64,000 bases of DNA from Aggregatilineales bacterium (GTDB lineage Bacteria > Chloroflexota > Anaerolineae > Aggregatilineales > UBA2796): positions 9,688 to 73,687 of the forward strand of contig JBBSEU010000001.1 in the NCBI GenBank assembly GCA_038239365.1, written 5' to 3'. Positions within the stretch are counted from its first letter, which is position 1, and every line of letters begins with the position of its first letter. The translations under genes were made by a program, and so were the position numbers. The notes beneath the pieces are model-generated. The model searched no databases and was not told the DNA's origin. It saw only the letters and a list, made by a program, of their open reading frames with translations. Shown one piece after another: positions 27,449-35,881 of this stretch.

Positions 27449-28657
27449 TTACGCGCTTGTGCCGATGGGTGAACCGACCTGCAATACTTTATGGAGCGCC
27501 TTGAGTACATCATCGACATCCGCATCGGTCATACGTGGGAAGATAGGCAGCGAAACGATCCGCTCATAGGCCGCCTCTGCTACCGGGCACAAACCGGGGC
27601 GTGTGCCGAAACGCTTCTGATAAAAGGGGTGAAGATGCACAGGAATGTAGTGGACATTGACCCCGATCCCTTCCTTACGCAACGCCTGAAAGATCGCCAT
27701 GCGCGTTTGCTGAGCGGCTTCCAGGTCAAGACGGACGACGTACAAATGATAGGCGTGGGCAGCCTCCGGGCGCTTGCTGAGCGGCGCGATCATGGGCATT
27801 TCAGCAAAGGCCGCATCGTAACACTGTGCGATGCTTTGGCGTCGGCTGACCCAATCGGGCAATTTGCGGAGTTGACTGATCCCCAACGCACATTGCAAAT
27901 CGCTCAGCCGATAGTTGTAGCCAAGATCGACCATTTCATAGAACCATGATCCCTGGGCTTCTCGCTGGCGATGATCGCTGGTGATACCGTGATTGCGGAA
28001 AACACGCATCCGACGCGCCAGTTCTGGATCATCCGTCGTGATAACGCCGCCTTCACCCGTCGTGATATGCTTGACCGGATGGAGGCTGAACGTATTCAGA
28101 TCGGCCAGTGTTCCAACCGGATGCCCTGCATAACGGCCACCGACAGCGTGGCAGGCATCGGCCACAATTGCCAGATCATGTTTCGCGGCGATAGCGCGCA
28201 AATTATCGTAATCACAGGGCTGCCCGGCATAGTCCACCGCGACGATGGCGCGGGTGCGTTCGGTGATGCGGGCTTCGACCTGTGCCGGATCGATAAGCAG
28301 TGTGTCTGGATCAACGTCACAAAACACAGGCGTTCCACCCTGGTAGACAACGCAGTTCGCGCTGGCCGCAAAGGTCATCGCCGGAACAATGACTTCATCG
28401 CCCGGAACAATATCAAGTGCATACATCGCGGCGTGCAAGGCGGCAGTCCCGTTCGAGACGGCGACTGCCTCAGCGGCACCCGTGAATGCGGCGAAGGCCT
28501 GCTCAAATTCGCCAACTTTTGGACCCGTGGTTAGCCAATCGGAACGAAGGACATCAATCACCGCATTGATGTCATCGTCATCGATCCACTGACGACCATA
28601 GGGCAGCAGCGTCTCACGAACCGGCTTATCGCTGGACAAGGGTGGGTTGTAATTCAT
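27449..28657 (-). CDS. pseC: UDP-4-amino-4,6-dideoxy-N-acetyl-beta-L-altrosamine transaminase-like (PseC, DegT family)
   Basis: ORF track 27449..28669 (TTG), ATG at 28657. LLPYGRQWIDDDDINAVIDVLRSDWLTTGPKVGEFE and FSLHPVKHITTGEGGVITT. Confidence 0.85.
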   Translation of the reverse strand: MNYNPPLSSDKPVRETLLPYGRQWIDDDDINAVIDVLRSDWLTTGPKVGEFEQAFAAFTGAAEAVAVSNGTAALHAAMYALDIVPGDEVIVPAMTFAASANCVVYQGGTPVFCDVDPDTLLIDPAQVEARITERTRAIVAVDYAGQPCDYDNLRAIAAKHDLAIVADACHAVGGRYAGHPVGTLADLNTFSLHPVKHITTGEGGVITTDDPELARRMRVFRNHGITSDHRQREAQGSWFYEMVDLGYNYRLSDLQCALGISQLRKLPDWVSRRQSIAQCYDAAFAEMPMIAPLSKRPEAAHAYHLYVVRLDLEAAQQTRMAIFQALRKEGIGVNVHYIPVHLHPFYQKRFGTRPGLCPVAEAAYERIVSLPIFPRMTDADVDDVLKALHKVLQVGSPIGTSA

Positions 28658-29660
28658 GCTGATCTTCAATCAACTCTTGCAGTTCGGAAATGGCTAGCCA
28701 TTCCGTGTTAGCGTCACTGGTGTACTGAAAATTTTCTGGCAGCGCACGGCCTTCGCTCCAGTTTTCGCTGAACCACCAGGGGTACAACGGTTTGACGATA
28801 TACATGTTGTCCAGTTCCAGGGTATGGCGTGCCTCGTCTTCGGAAATCAGTATTTCGTGCAGCTTTTCGCCGGGGCGAATGCCGATCATGTCAATCTGGC
28901 AGTCAGGAGCCACTGCAGTGACGACATCTATCAGGCTCATACTCGGAATTTTGGGGATGAAAACTTCGCCGCCCTGCATTTGCTCAAGGCAGTTTGTCAC
29001 AAACCGTACTACCTGATCGAGCGTCAACCAAAAGCGTGTCATGCGTTTATCAGTCACGCTGACCTTACCGGTTTTGCGCTGCTTCAAGAAAAGCGGAATG
29101 ACGCTGCCACGACTGCCAACAACGTTACCATAACGCACACAACTGAAGCGTGTCGGGCCTTCGCCACTGTAGGCATTGGCCTGTACAAATAGTTTTTCGG
29201 CCACGAGCTTGGTGGCCCCATATAAATTGGTGGGACTCACGGCCTTATCGGTGCTGATCGCCATGACGCGCTTGACTTTCATATCGAGTGCCGCTTCGAT
29301 CACATTCTTAGCACCCATGATATTCGTCATCACGGCTTCAATGGGATTGTATTCACAGGCGGGCACATGCTTGAGCGCCGCCGCATGGATGACAATATCG
29401 ACGCCGTTCATGGCACGACGAAGGCGGTCAACATCGCGCACATCGCCAATGAAGTAGCGCATTGGCGATCCCTCAGTATCGGGAAAGACCTGACGCATTT
29501 CATGCTGCTTAAGTTCATCCCGACTAAAGATAATCAGGCGTTTGGGATGATAGGTATTCAGAATAAACTCGGTGAGTTTTTTACCCATCGAGCCAGAGCC
29601 GCCAGTAATAAGAACGGATTGCTGTTTCCAATCAATCGGTTCGAGGTTCGAGGTTGACAT
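28626..29660 (-). CDS. pseB: UDP-N-acetylglucosamine 4,6-dehydratase (inverting)-like (PseB/FlaA1)
   Basis: ORF track 28626..29912. ATG at 29660 gives MSTSNLEPIDWKQQSVLITGGSGSMGKK and removes an 84 aa W/R-rich extension that would overlap the ABC gene. YGATKLVAEK (YxxxK), HEILISEDE. Confidence 0.9.
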   Translation of the reverse strand: MSTSNLEPIDWKQQSVLITGGSGSMGKKLTEFILNTYHPKRLIIFSRDELKQHEMRQVFPDTEGSPMRYFIGDVRDVDRLRRAMNGVDIVIHAAALKHVPACEYNPIEAVMTNIMGAKNVIEAALDMKVKRVMAISTDKAVSPTNLYGATKLVAEKLFVQANAYSGEGPTRFSCVRYGNVVGSRGSVIPLFLKQRKTGKVSVTDKRMTRFWLTLDQVVRFVTNCLEQMQGGEVFIPKIPSMSLIDVVTAVAPDCQIDMIGIRPGEKLHEILISEDEARHTLELDNMYIVKPLYPWWFSENWSEGRALPENFQYTSDANTEWLAISELQELIEDQHELQPTLVQR

Positions 29661-29688
29661 AGGTTGTTCCTTTGAAGTGCCCAATCTT

Positions 29689-31587
29689 TTATGGTAATGT
29701 CTCAAGTTGAACAGTGTTCGATGCTTTAACTTCCATGGGGAGGTTATCCAGGATTTGATGACTCCACAGGGACTGGTAGGTCTTGCAAGTTTGTTGCAAT
29801 TCCTGATGGGTGCCGAACCCCACCACCTGCCCATTTTCCAGCACCAGAATACGATCCGCGCGCCGAAGTGCAGAGAAACGATGGGTGACAACGAAGGTAG
29901 TACGACCTTCAATCAGATGCTCCAAAGCGATCTGGACAGAATGCTCCGAAACCGCGTCCAGGTTACTGGTTGCTTCGTCCAGGAAAAGAATTGGCGCGTT
30001 TTTGAGTAAGGCAGCCGCGATACAGATACGCTGTTTTTGCCCAACCGATAGGCCGCGCCCTTCCTCACCGATGCCGAGCATCGTCTCGTAGCCTTTTTCC
30101 ATTTGCATGATCTCATCGTGGATGTTCGCCGCTTTGGCCGCCTCAATGACTTGTTCCATTGAAGCAGTGGGCCGCCCCATCCGAATATTATCAACGACGC
30201 TATCGACAAACAGGATCGGCTCCTGTAGGACAATGCTGCACTGATCCATCAAATCGGTGTAGCGTATGTCACGCAGATCAACACCATCAAACAAAATTTT
30301 GCCGCCAGTATTTTCATAGAAGCGCAGCAGCAGAGAGATGAAGGTCGATTTTCCCGCGCCAGATGGACCCACAATACCAATCGTTTCGCCCCGATGAAAG
30401 ACGGCGGAAACATTCTTTAGAACAGTTTGATCATTGTAGGCGAAGGAGACGTTCTGGAATTCAATCGTCTTGGGGCCTTGCTTCAACGAAACCGGATTGG
30501 ATCGATCCTGAAGGGCGGTAGGCATCGCCATCACCCGCTGCACATGTTCGATATTCGGGATTGCTCCGCGCAGTGTCGAGTATGTTTGTAGCAGACTCAC
30601 AATCGGTGAATAGACAGCCAGGACCGCAATTAACAGGCTGAGCAGTGATTGCCAGTCAAGACGCCCGGCGGCAATATCCTGCCCGCCAAAGGCCAGCACC
30701 ATAACCAGACCAATCGCCGAGACAACCTCTAGCATGAGACGCGCCAATCCGCGATTACGCGCCTGTTGTGTCACCAACTGATAAAGCGTTTCCGCAATAT
30801 CACGGGCTTTGGCAAGAATGCGTTCTTCGGCGCGATTAACCTTTACCGCGCGGATGCCCTGTGAGACTTGAAGAAAGCTATCATGCCAACTGGCAAGCCC
30901 TATGCGGCGTTTGCGGGCGGCCAGTGTAATACGCTGCCCAAACCAGCTAGCGGGCAAAGCGATGAGTGGCACCGCTACGAAACCAATAAAAGCCAGCTTG
31001 GGACTGATAAGAACCGCCACAACTGCCAGCGAAGCCAGCCGTGTGCTGTACAGGATCGCTCGCCCGGCTTCTTCGGTTGCCCAGCGCAGCCCCTGAATAT
31101 CCTGGTAGGAACCCATCACCATATCGCCCTGGTTGCTCTTTTCAAAATAGCGCACCGGCAGCGTCAGCACTTTTGCCAGCAGCCGCCACATCGACTCAAT
31201 TTCGATGCGGTGTCCAAGTTGAACCGAAGTCAATTCGGCAATGAAGGTACCAATCGACTGAAGCAGGCTGAACACCAGGATGATCCCGGAAGCAACCAGT
31301 AGAGTGGTAATTGAACCGCCCTCTGAGGTGCTGAATAACAGAATCGCCTGCCGAAGCCCCCATACTAGCAGCGCCTGAAAAACACCCTGCAGCGCAGTTC
31401 CCAGCAGGAACATGGCCGTTAATCGGGGGTAGCGCAGCATAGATCGAAAACCCATCCATAGGGCAGAGAAGAAGCTCGTTGTTGAGTAGATATTCAAAGA
31501 TGAGACCCTTCCGATCAAGCCGTGTATTGCAGATAAAGAACGGAGATTCTTAAAGCTCCGCAGTACCGACACACTTGAACAGTGCAT
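29689..31587 (-). CDS. ABC exporter, fused permease/ATPase (MsbA/PglK-like)
   Basis: Six-TM N-terminal half. Walker A GPSGAGKST, signature LSVGQKQR, Walker B ILFLDEATSNLD. Start uncertain (ATG at 31587, in-frame Met codons at 31455 and 31440). Confidence 0.85.
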   Translation of the reverse strand: MHCSSVSVLRSFKNLRSLSAIHGLIGRVSSLNIYSTTSFFSALWMGFRSMLRYPRLTAMFLLGTALQGVFQALLVWGLRQAILLFSTSEGGSITTLLVASGIILVFSLLQSIGTFIAELTSVQLGHRIEIESMWRLLAKVLTLPVRYFEKSNQGDMVMGSYQDIQGLRWATEEAGRAILYSTRLASLAVVAVLISPKLAFIGFVAVPLIALPASWFGQRITLAARKRRIGLASWHDSFLQVSQGIRAVKVNRAEERILAKARDIAETLYQLVTQQARNRGLARLMLEVVSAIGLVMVLAFGGQDIAAGRLDWQSLLSLLIAVLAVYSPIVSLLQTYSTLRGAIPNIEHVQRVMAMPTALQDRSNPVSLKQGPKTIEFQNVSFAYNDQTVLKNVSAVFHRGETIGIVGPSGAGKSTFISLLLRFYENTGGKILFDGVDLRDIRYTDLMDQCSIVLQEPILFVDSVVDNIRMGRPTASMEQVIEAAKAANIHDEIMQMEKGYETMLGIGEEGRGLSVGQKQRICIAAALLKNAPILFLDEATSNLDAVSEHSVQIALEHLIEGRTTFVVTHRFSALRRADRILVLENGQVVGFGTHQELQQTCKTYQSLWSHQILDNLPMEVKASNTVQLETLP

Positions 31588-31645
31588 CGTGATGGTTGAG
31601 ACGACAAGTTGTGGAACAACCTACAAGTTACGGACACGACGAACG

Positions 31646-32191
31646 TCAATGAGCCGGAGCAATGTCTTTCACATTGATTTCGGCACGGACTGAGCGGCCC
31701 AGCAGTTCTAACAAAATGTGGACACGTTCAGAGCCAGTCAGATAGCGATTGAACAAACCCACATAGCCCGCAAAAGCACCGCCGACGATCATTACCGAGT
31801 CGCCGGGCTGCAATGGTTTTTCAGCTTCGGCGCTCAGCGAAGGCTGAGAAGCAAGCTGGCTTAAAAAATGCTGCAACTGCACAATGACATTTTCGGGAAC
31901 AATCGCGGGCTGGCCGTCGAACTGAACCAATCCTATCGAACCTGGTGCCCAGCGCAAGCGATCAACATCGACAGTTCCCAGGTTAAGCTGGATAAACAGA
32001 TAACCTGGAAAATACGGACGAACTCTGGCAGCGCGCGGATTCACCGGCTTAACATGAAGGACGGGCGCGAAAACGTGAATGTCTTCTGAAGACAGATAGT
32101 CGCTCAAGTGCCTTTCGTGATGCGGCTTACTCTGTAGAGCGTACCAGCTACGCTCTACGACTGCCGGAGAGGTATCCATATGACTGTCCAT
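31646..32191 (-). CDS. Specialised NusG paralog (RfaH/UpxY/LoaP-like transcription antiterminator)
   Basis: NGN domain SWYALQSKPHHERHLSDYL...RPYFPGYLFIQ...GSIGLVQFDGQPAIVPENVI and KOW-like GDSVMIVGGAFAGYVGLF. Embedded in a polysaccharide operon. Confidence 0.8.
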   Translation of the reverse strand: MDSHMDTSPAVVERSWYALQSKPHHERHLSDYLSSEDIHVFAPVLHVKPVNPRAARVRPYFPGYLFIQLNLGTVDVDRLRWAPGSIGLVQFDGQPAIVPENVIVQLQHFLSQLASQPSLSAEAEKPLQPGDSVMIVGGAFAGYVGLFNRYLTGSERVHILLELLGRSVRAEINVKDIAPAH

Positions 32192-32194
32192 TCC

Positions 32195-34165
32195 TCAGGC
32201 CAGTACCGCCACCGGTAAGGCAACCGGGTCTACCTTGATATTGCTCGGCTCACTCAGTTCCACTTGAAGCGGTTCTCTGCCGTTCTGAATAAGCATATTC
32301 ATCTGGCTTGGGTTGTTGCCCAGGCCATAGCGGAGCAGTTCATCCAGATGTTTGATAAACGACTCTGCATTGAAATGAGCCAGTTTGTATTCAACGCGCA
32401 TGATTCCAGGGTGAATGGTATCCATGAGCGATTCAGACTCGCTATGGAGCTGCTCGTCCAACTTTTCGCCGGGGCGAACGCCAGTGAACTGAATGTCGAT
32501 GTCTTTGTAGGGGCGCAAGACGCGCAACCGAATCATTCGTTCAGCCAGATCAACGATACGAACCACATCACCCATTCGCAGAATAAACGCATCGCGGCCA
32601 GTCGTCATACACGCGGCATGAATCACCAGATTGGCGGCTTCTGCAATGCTCATGAAATAGCGGGTCATATTCGGGTGAGTCACCGTTATGGGGCCGCCAT
32701 TATCAATTTGCTGATTAAAGGTAGGTACAACGCTTCCACGACTACCCAGCACGTTCCCAAAGCGCACTGACGCAAAATAGATGGCGTTGTGTTTCTGGCT
32801 CAGGGCATGAAGGATAAGTTCACACACACGCTTGCTGGTGCCCATGACGCTGGACGGGTTGACCGCCTTATCCGTCGAGATCAACACAAAGCGTTCAACT
32901 TTGTATTCACAGGCAAGGCGTGCTAGCAAGTAGGTGCCGCCCACATTAACGCGCAGCGCCTCATCCGGGAAACGCTCCAACATGGGGACATGCTTGTAGG
33001 CCGCCGCATGAAAAATAACCTGCGGCCTATAAGACTCGAACATCGCCCGCAGCGATTCTTCAACGGTAATATCCGTTAGCACAGACGTTGTTTTGACATG
33101 CGGAAACTTCGCCATCAGTTCAACACTTAAATCGTGTAAACTGCTCTCGTTGTTGTCGAGCAGGATAAGCTCACGAACCTGATAGGTGTACAACTGGTGG
33201 CACAGTTCTGAACCAATTGATCCCGCCGCGCCCGTCACCAGGACGCGCTTATCCTTTAGCGGTGTCAGGTCAACGCCCTTTTGGTGCGTGATCGCCGTCC
33301 GCCCAATCAGGTCTTCAGGGGTAATATCGCGTAGCAGCGTTGTACTGGTGCTGATACCCATCATCGCCACGACATCGGGTGCTATTTTGATGCGCGCCGT
33401 CGTTCGCTCACAATAACTTAAAAGCTGGCGGAATTCTGCGCCAGAGACTTTATTCATGGCAACGACGATCAAATCTATGGCGTAGTCTTCGGCAAGGCGC
33501 GGAATATCCGCGTAACCGCCTAGAACAGGTGACCCCTCGATGTATAGTCCGTGCATTTCGGGCTTTTGATCGATAAAGCCGACAACCACATAGATATGTT
33601 CATTATTGTGGGGATGATGTTTAAGCTGAATCGCCAGTTCCTGTGCAGGGTTGCTGGCCCCAACAATGACCACGCGCGTTACTGACTTTGGAAATTCATA
33701 GTTCATAACGGCCCGCCACCGCCACGAAAACCCGGTCAGCAGACGTGACCGAAAACGTGTTGCCACAAAGCCAAAGAGCGCCAGCAGATTGCCCAACAAG
33801 ACAATGCTAATTGGCAACGGGTGTTGAATGGGCGCAATATCCAGCGGAACGATGATAACCGTCGCAATCAAGACGGCTTTTATTAGCAAAGAAACGCCAT
33901 AGCCGCTGGTCATTGACCAGAGGCGGCGATAAACGCCTGAAACAAAGAGGATGCTGACCACAATGAAGGTCGCGGCAGCAGTCATGCCAAAGCTGTCGAT
34001 ATAATCGAGCGGTGTGCTGGCTGCCCGAACGAAAAACGCCGTCAGGTAAGCGACTTGCACCACAAGAATATCAATCAGCATCGAAAGTAAGGCACGCCTA
34101 AGTTGATTAGAACTTATCAGTTGAGAAACGACTGTTCGAGGCGACGGTACTGTGTTATTTCTCAT
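32195..34165 (-). CDS. Membrane-anchored polysaccharide biosynthesis dehydratase (CapD/WbpM/PglF-like)
   Basis: ORF track to 34168 (TTG), ATG at 34165 preceded by GAGGTG. Four to five N-terminal TM helices, VLVTGAAGSIGSELCHQL, MGTSKRVCE (YxxxK-equivalent region), VRFGNVLGSRGSV. Confidence 0.9.
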   Translation of the reverse strand: MRNNTVPSPRTVVSQLISSNQLRRALLSMLIDILVVQVAYLTAFFVRAASTPLDYIDSFGMTAAATFIVVSILFVSGVYRRLWSMTSGYGVSLLIKAVLIATVIIVPLDIAPIQHPLPISIVLLGNLLALFGFVATRFRSRLLTGFSWRWRAVMNYEFPKSVTRVVIVGASNPAQELAIQLKHHPHNNEHIYVVVGFIDQKPEMHGLYIEGSPVLGGYADIPRLAEDYAIDLIVVAMNKVSGAEFRQLLSYCERTTARIKIAPDVVAMMGISTSTTLLRDITPEDLIGRTAITHQKGVDLTPLKDKRVLVTGAAGSIGSELCHQLYTYQVRELILLDNNESSLHDLSVELMAKFPHVKTTSVLTDITVEESLRAMFESYRPQVIFHAAAYKHVPMLERFPDEALRVNVGGTYLLARLACEYKVERFVLISTDKAVNPSSVMGTSKRVCELILHALSQKHNAIYFASVRFGNVLGSRGSVVPTFNQQIDNGGPITVTHPNMTRYFMSIAEAANLVIHAACMTTGRDAFILRMGDVVRIVDLAERMIRLRVLRPYKDIDIQFTGVRPGEKLDEQLHSESESLMDTIHPGIMRVEYKLAHFNAESFIKHLDELLRYGLGNNPSQMNMLIQNGREPLQVELSEPSNIKVDPVALPVAVLA

Positions 34166-34388
34166 CAAGGCTAAATCACCTCATACCTATACGTTTCGTG
34201 GACGATGCAAGCGACTTGACAATTTCAATGATGGCTGGATGGAAAACGATTTGTCAATTTTAGATAGGTGTCAATGTGTTCAAGAGAAATTTGAATTCAT
34301 CGACAAATAGTCTTAAAGTCACACCTCAGCTTAGAGAACCAGAGAGACTAAAGCAACTATACTATTATTGTTTTGAAAGATCAAGAGC

Positions 34389-34418
34389 ATTATCTATAAG
34401 GCGTCAGATATTTTACAA
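34389..34418 (-). promoter_or_regulatory. Weak candidate sigma-70-like promoter for the minus-strand glycan operon
   Basis: Reverse strand reads TTGTAA (34418..34413), 18 nt spacer, GATAAT (34394..34389). Would give a ~220 nt leader before the WbpM-like gene. Pattern match only. Confidence 0.25.
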
Positions 34419-34545
34419 GTTTTAAGAAAAGATAAAGAATAGGGCTGTCAAAGCTCTGAACTTAACCATATTTTGTAGGTGAGACGGAAGAATTATTAAG
34501 AACGTATTGGCTCTGAGTGCAACCAGAGGTCGCACGTCAAAACGC

Positions 34546-34574
34546 TTGACAACATACTGTACACTGTATACAAT
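34546..34574 (+). promoter_or_regulatory. Sigma-70-like promoter of the sugar ABC transporter operon
   Basis: TTGACA (34546..34551), 17 nt spacer, TACAAT (34569..34574). The spacer holds the repeated ACTGTACA/CTGTATACA string, a possible operator. Confidence 0.55.
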
Positions 34575-34724
34575 ATTTTTGTGCTTAAGCAGATTGCATG
34601 TACCGAAAGGAAAAGATGCTATCAAGAAAGGCAGGTGCGACTTATCATCGACTGCGCCCAAAAGTTCGTTGTGTGTACAGCCCTAACCAGTCCTTCTCAG
34701 GTCTTAGTTCTTAGGAGATTTAAA

Positions 34725-35771
34725 ATGCAAAGACTTTTCGCCAGGATCAGCGTGCTTATGCTCGCACTCCTTCTGATTATTACGGCTGCCATTGTTCCAT
34801 CGGCGCGTACCAAAGCCCAGGCCGGAACGAAAATTTGTTTTGGCTTTCAGGATTTGGAGACGGAGTTCTGGGTAGCAGGCCATAAAGCGATTACCGAGAC
34901 ACTCCGTAAGCAGGGTATCGACGTTCTTGAATACAACGCCAACGAAGACCCGAACAAGCAGCTTGAGCAGGTACGCGACTGCATCTCGCAGGGTGTTAGT
35001 GGGATCATCATCATCCCGCAGGACGGCGACAGCGCCAACACCATTGTGAAGGAAGCACAGTCGGCAGATATTCCAATCGCCGTATTTAACCGTCCTCCCA
35101 ACGATAAAACCAAGGGGATCGTCGTGGTCGCCGATAACGTCAGCGCCACCGAGCAGGCGGTTGAATTTATCGCTCAGAAGGCGCTGCGCCAGTGGGAAAT
35201 TACCCAGAAGCCGATCACGCCGCTGATCCTCGTCGGCGCGCTGCAAGACACCAATGCGATTGGTCGTCGGGATGGTTTCTTCAACGTCGTTAACCGCTAT
35301 AATAAGCGTTATCCGGGTATGTTTGCCAAGCCGATTGAAGTGGCCTCGGAATGGGACGCAAAGACCGCACTGGCGAACCTGGAAGCAGCAATTACGGCCA
35401 ATCCGAACGTTGATTTTATGTTCACCTCGTCGGATTTCCTGTTCCCCACCATTCGTTCCGTGCTGGAACCACGCAAAAAGTGGCTGCCTGCCGGTCAACC
35501 CGGACACGTGCTTCTGGCCGGGCTGGATGGGGACGTAACCGCTTGCAAGCTGATTGGTGATGGTCTTGTGGATGCGACGGGTGTACAGGACCTTTTCCTG
35601 GAAGCCAAATTGACGATGGATCGTTTACTAAAGGCGATCAATGACAAGGAAAAGACCCCCAATCAGGTGCTGCTTGATCCGGGCTTCGCGCTCTCGGCAG
35701 GTAACTACCCCTGGCAGCGGTCTAACATGTGGGGCTGCCAGCTTCTGGATGCTGGATCGAAAGCCAAATAA
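34725..35771 (+). CDS. Sugar ABC transporter substrate-binding protein (type I PBP, RbsB-like)
   Basis: ORF track 34581..35771. ATG at 34725 follows AGGAG (34713..34717) and opens a signal peptide MQRLFARISVLMLALLLIITAAIVPSARTKAQAG. Periplasmic-binding-protein pattern GFQDLETEFWVAGHKAI...IIIIPQDGDS. Confidence 0.85.
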   Translation: MQRLFARISVLMLALLLIITAAIVPSARTKAQAGTKICFGFQDLETEFWVAGHKAITETLRKQGIDVLEYNANEDPNKQLEQVRDCISQGVSGIIIIPQDGDSANTIVKEAQSADIPIAVFNRPPNDKTKGIVVVADNVSATEQAVEFIAQKALRQWEITQKPITPLILVGALQDTNAIGRRDGFFNVVNRYNKRYPGMFAKPIEVASEWDAKTALANLEAAITANPNVDFMFTSSDFLFPTIRSVLEPRKKWLPAGQPGHVLLAGLDGDVTACKLIGDGLVDATGVQDLFLEAKLTMDRLLKAINDKEKTPNQVLLDPGFALSAGNYPWQRSNMWGCQLLDAGSKAK

Positions 35772-35793
35772 CGTTTCCTGACGCCTGACCATA

Positions 35794-35830
35794 AAAACGG
35801 GGAGAACACGAACTGCTCTCCCCGTTTTCA
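35794..35830 (+). terminator. Stem-loop with U-run after the binding-protein gene (partial terminator/mRNA stabiliser)
   Basis: AAAACGGGGAGA (35794..35805) pairs with TCTCCCCGTTTT (35817..35828). Lies between the SBP and permease genes. Confidence 0.6.
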
Positions 35831-35881
35831 GGTAAAATGACTTAAGATCATCAGTGACGCATTTTTGTAAGGGGCTATCGC

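Noticed and set aside
34422-34661. 79 aa ORF in the AT-rich intergenic region
   Set aside because: It has no RBS or family features, low-complexity hydrophobic/Phe-rich composition typical of AT-rich non-coding DNA, and it overlaps the strong plus-strand promoter.
34704-35507. 267 aa ORF antisense to the sugar-binding protein gene
   Set aside because: It is antisense to a gene with a signal peptide and a PBP pattern, and it has no motifs. Similar antisense ORFs over livK (42314..42973), livM (44794..45270, 45603..45974) and livG (46022..46990) were rejected for the same reason.
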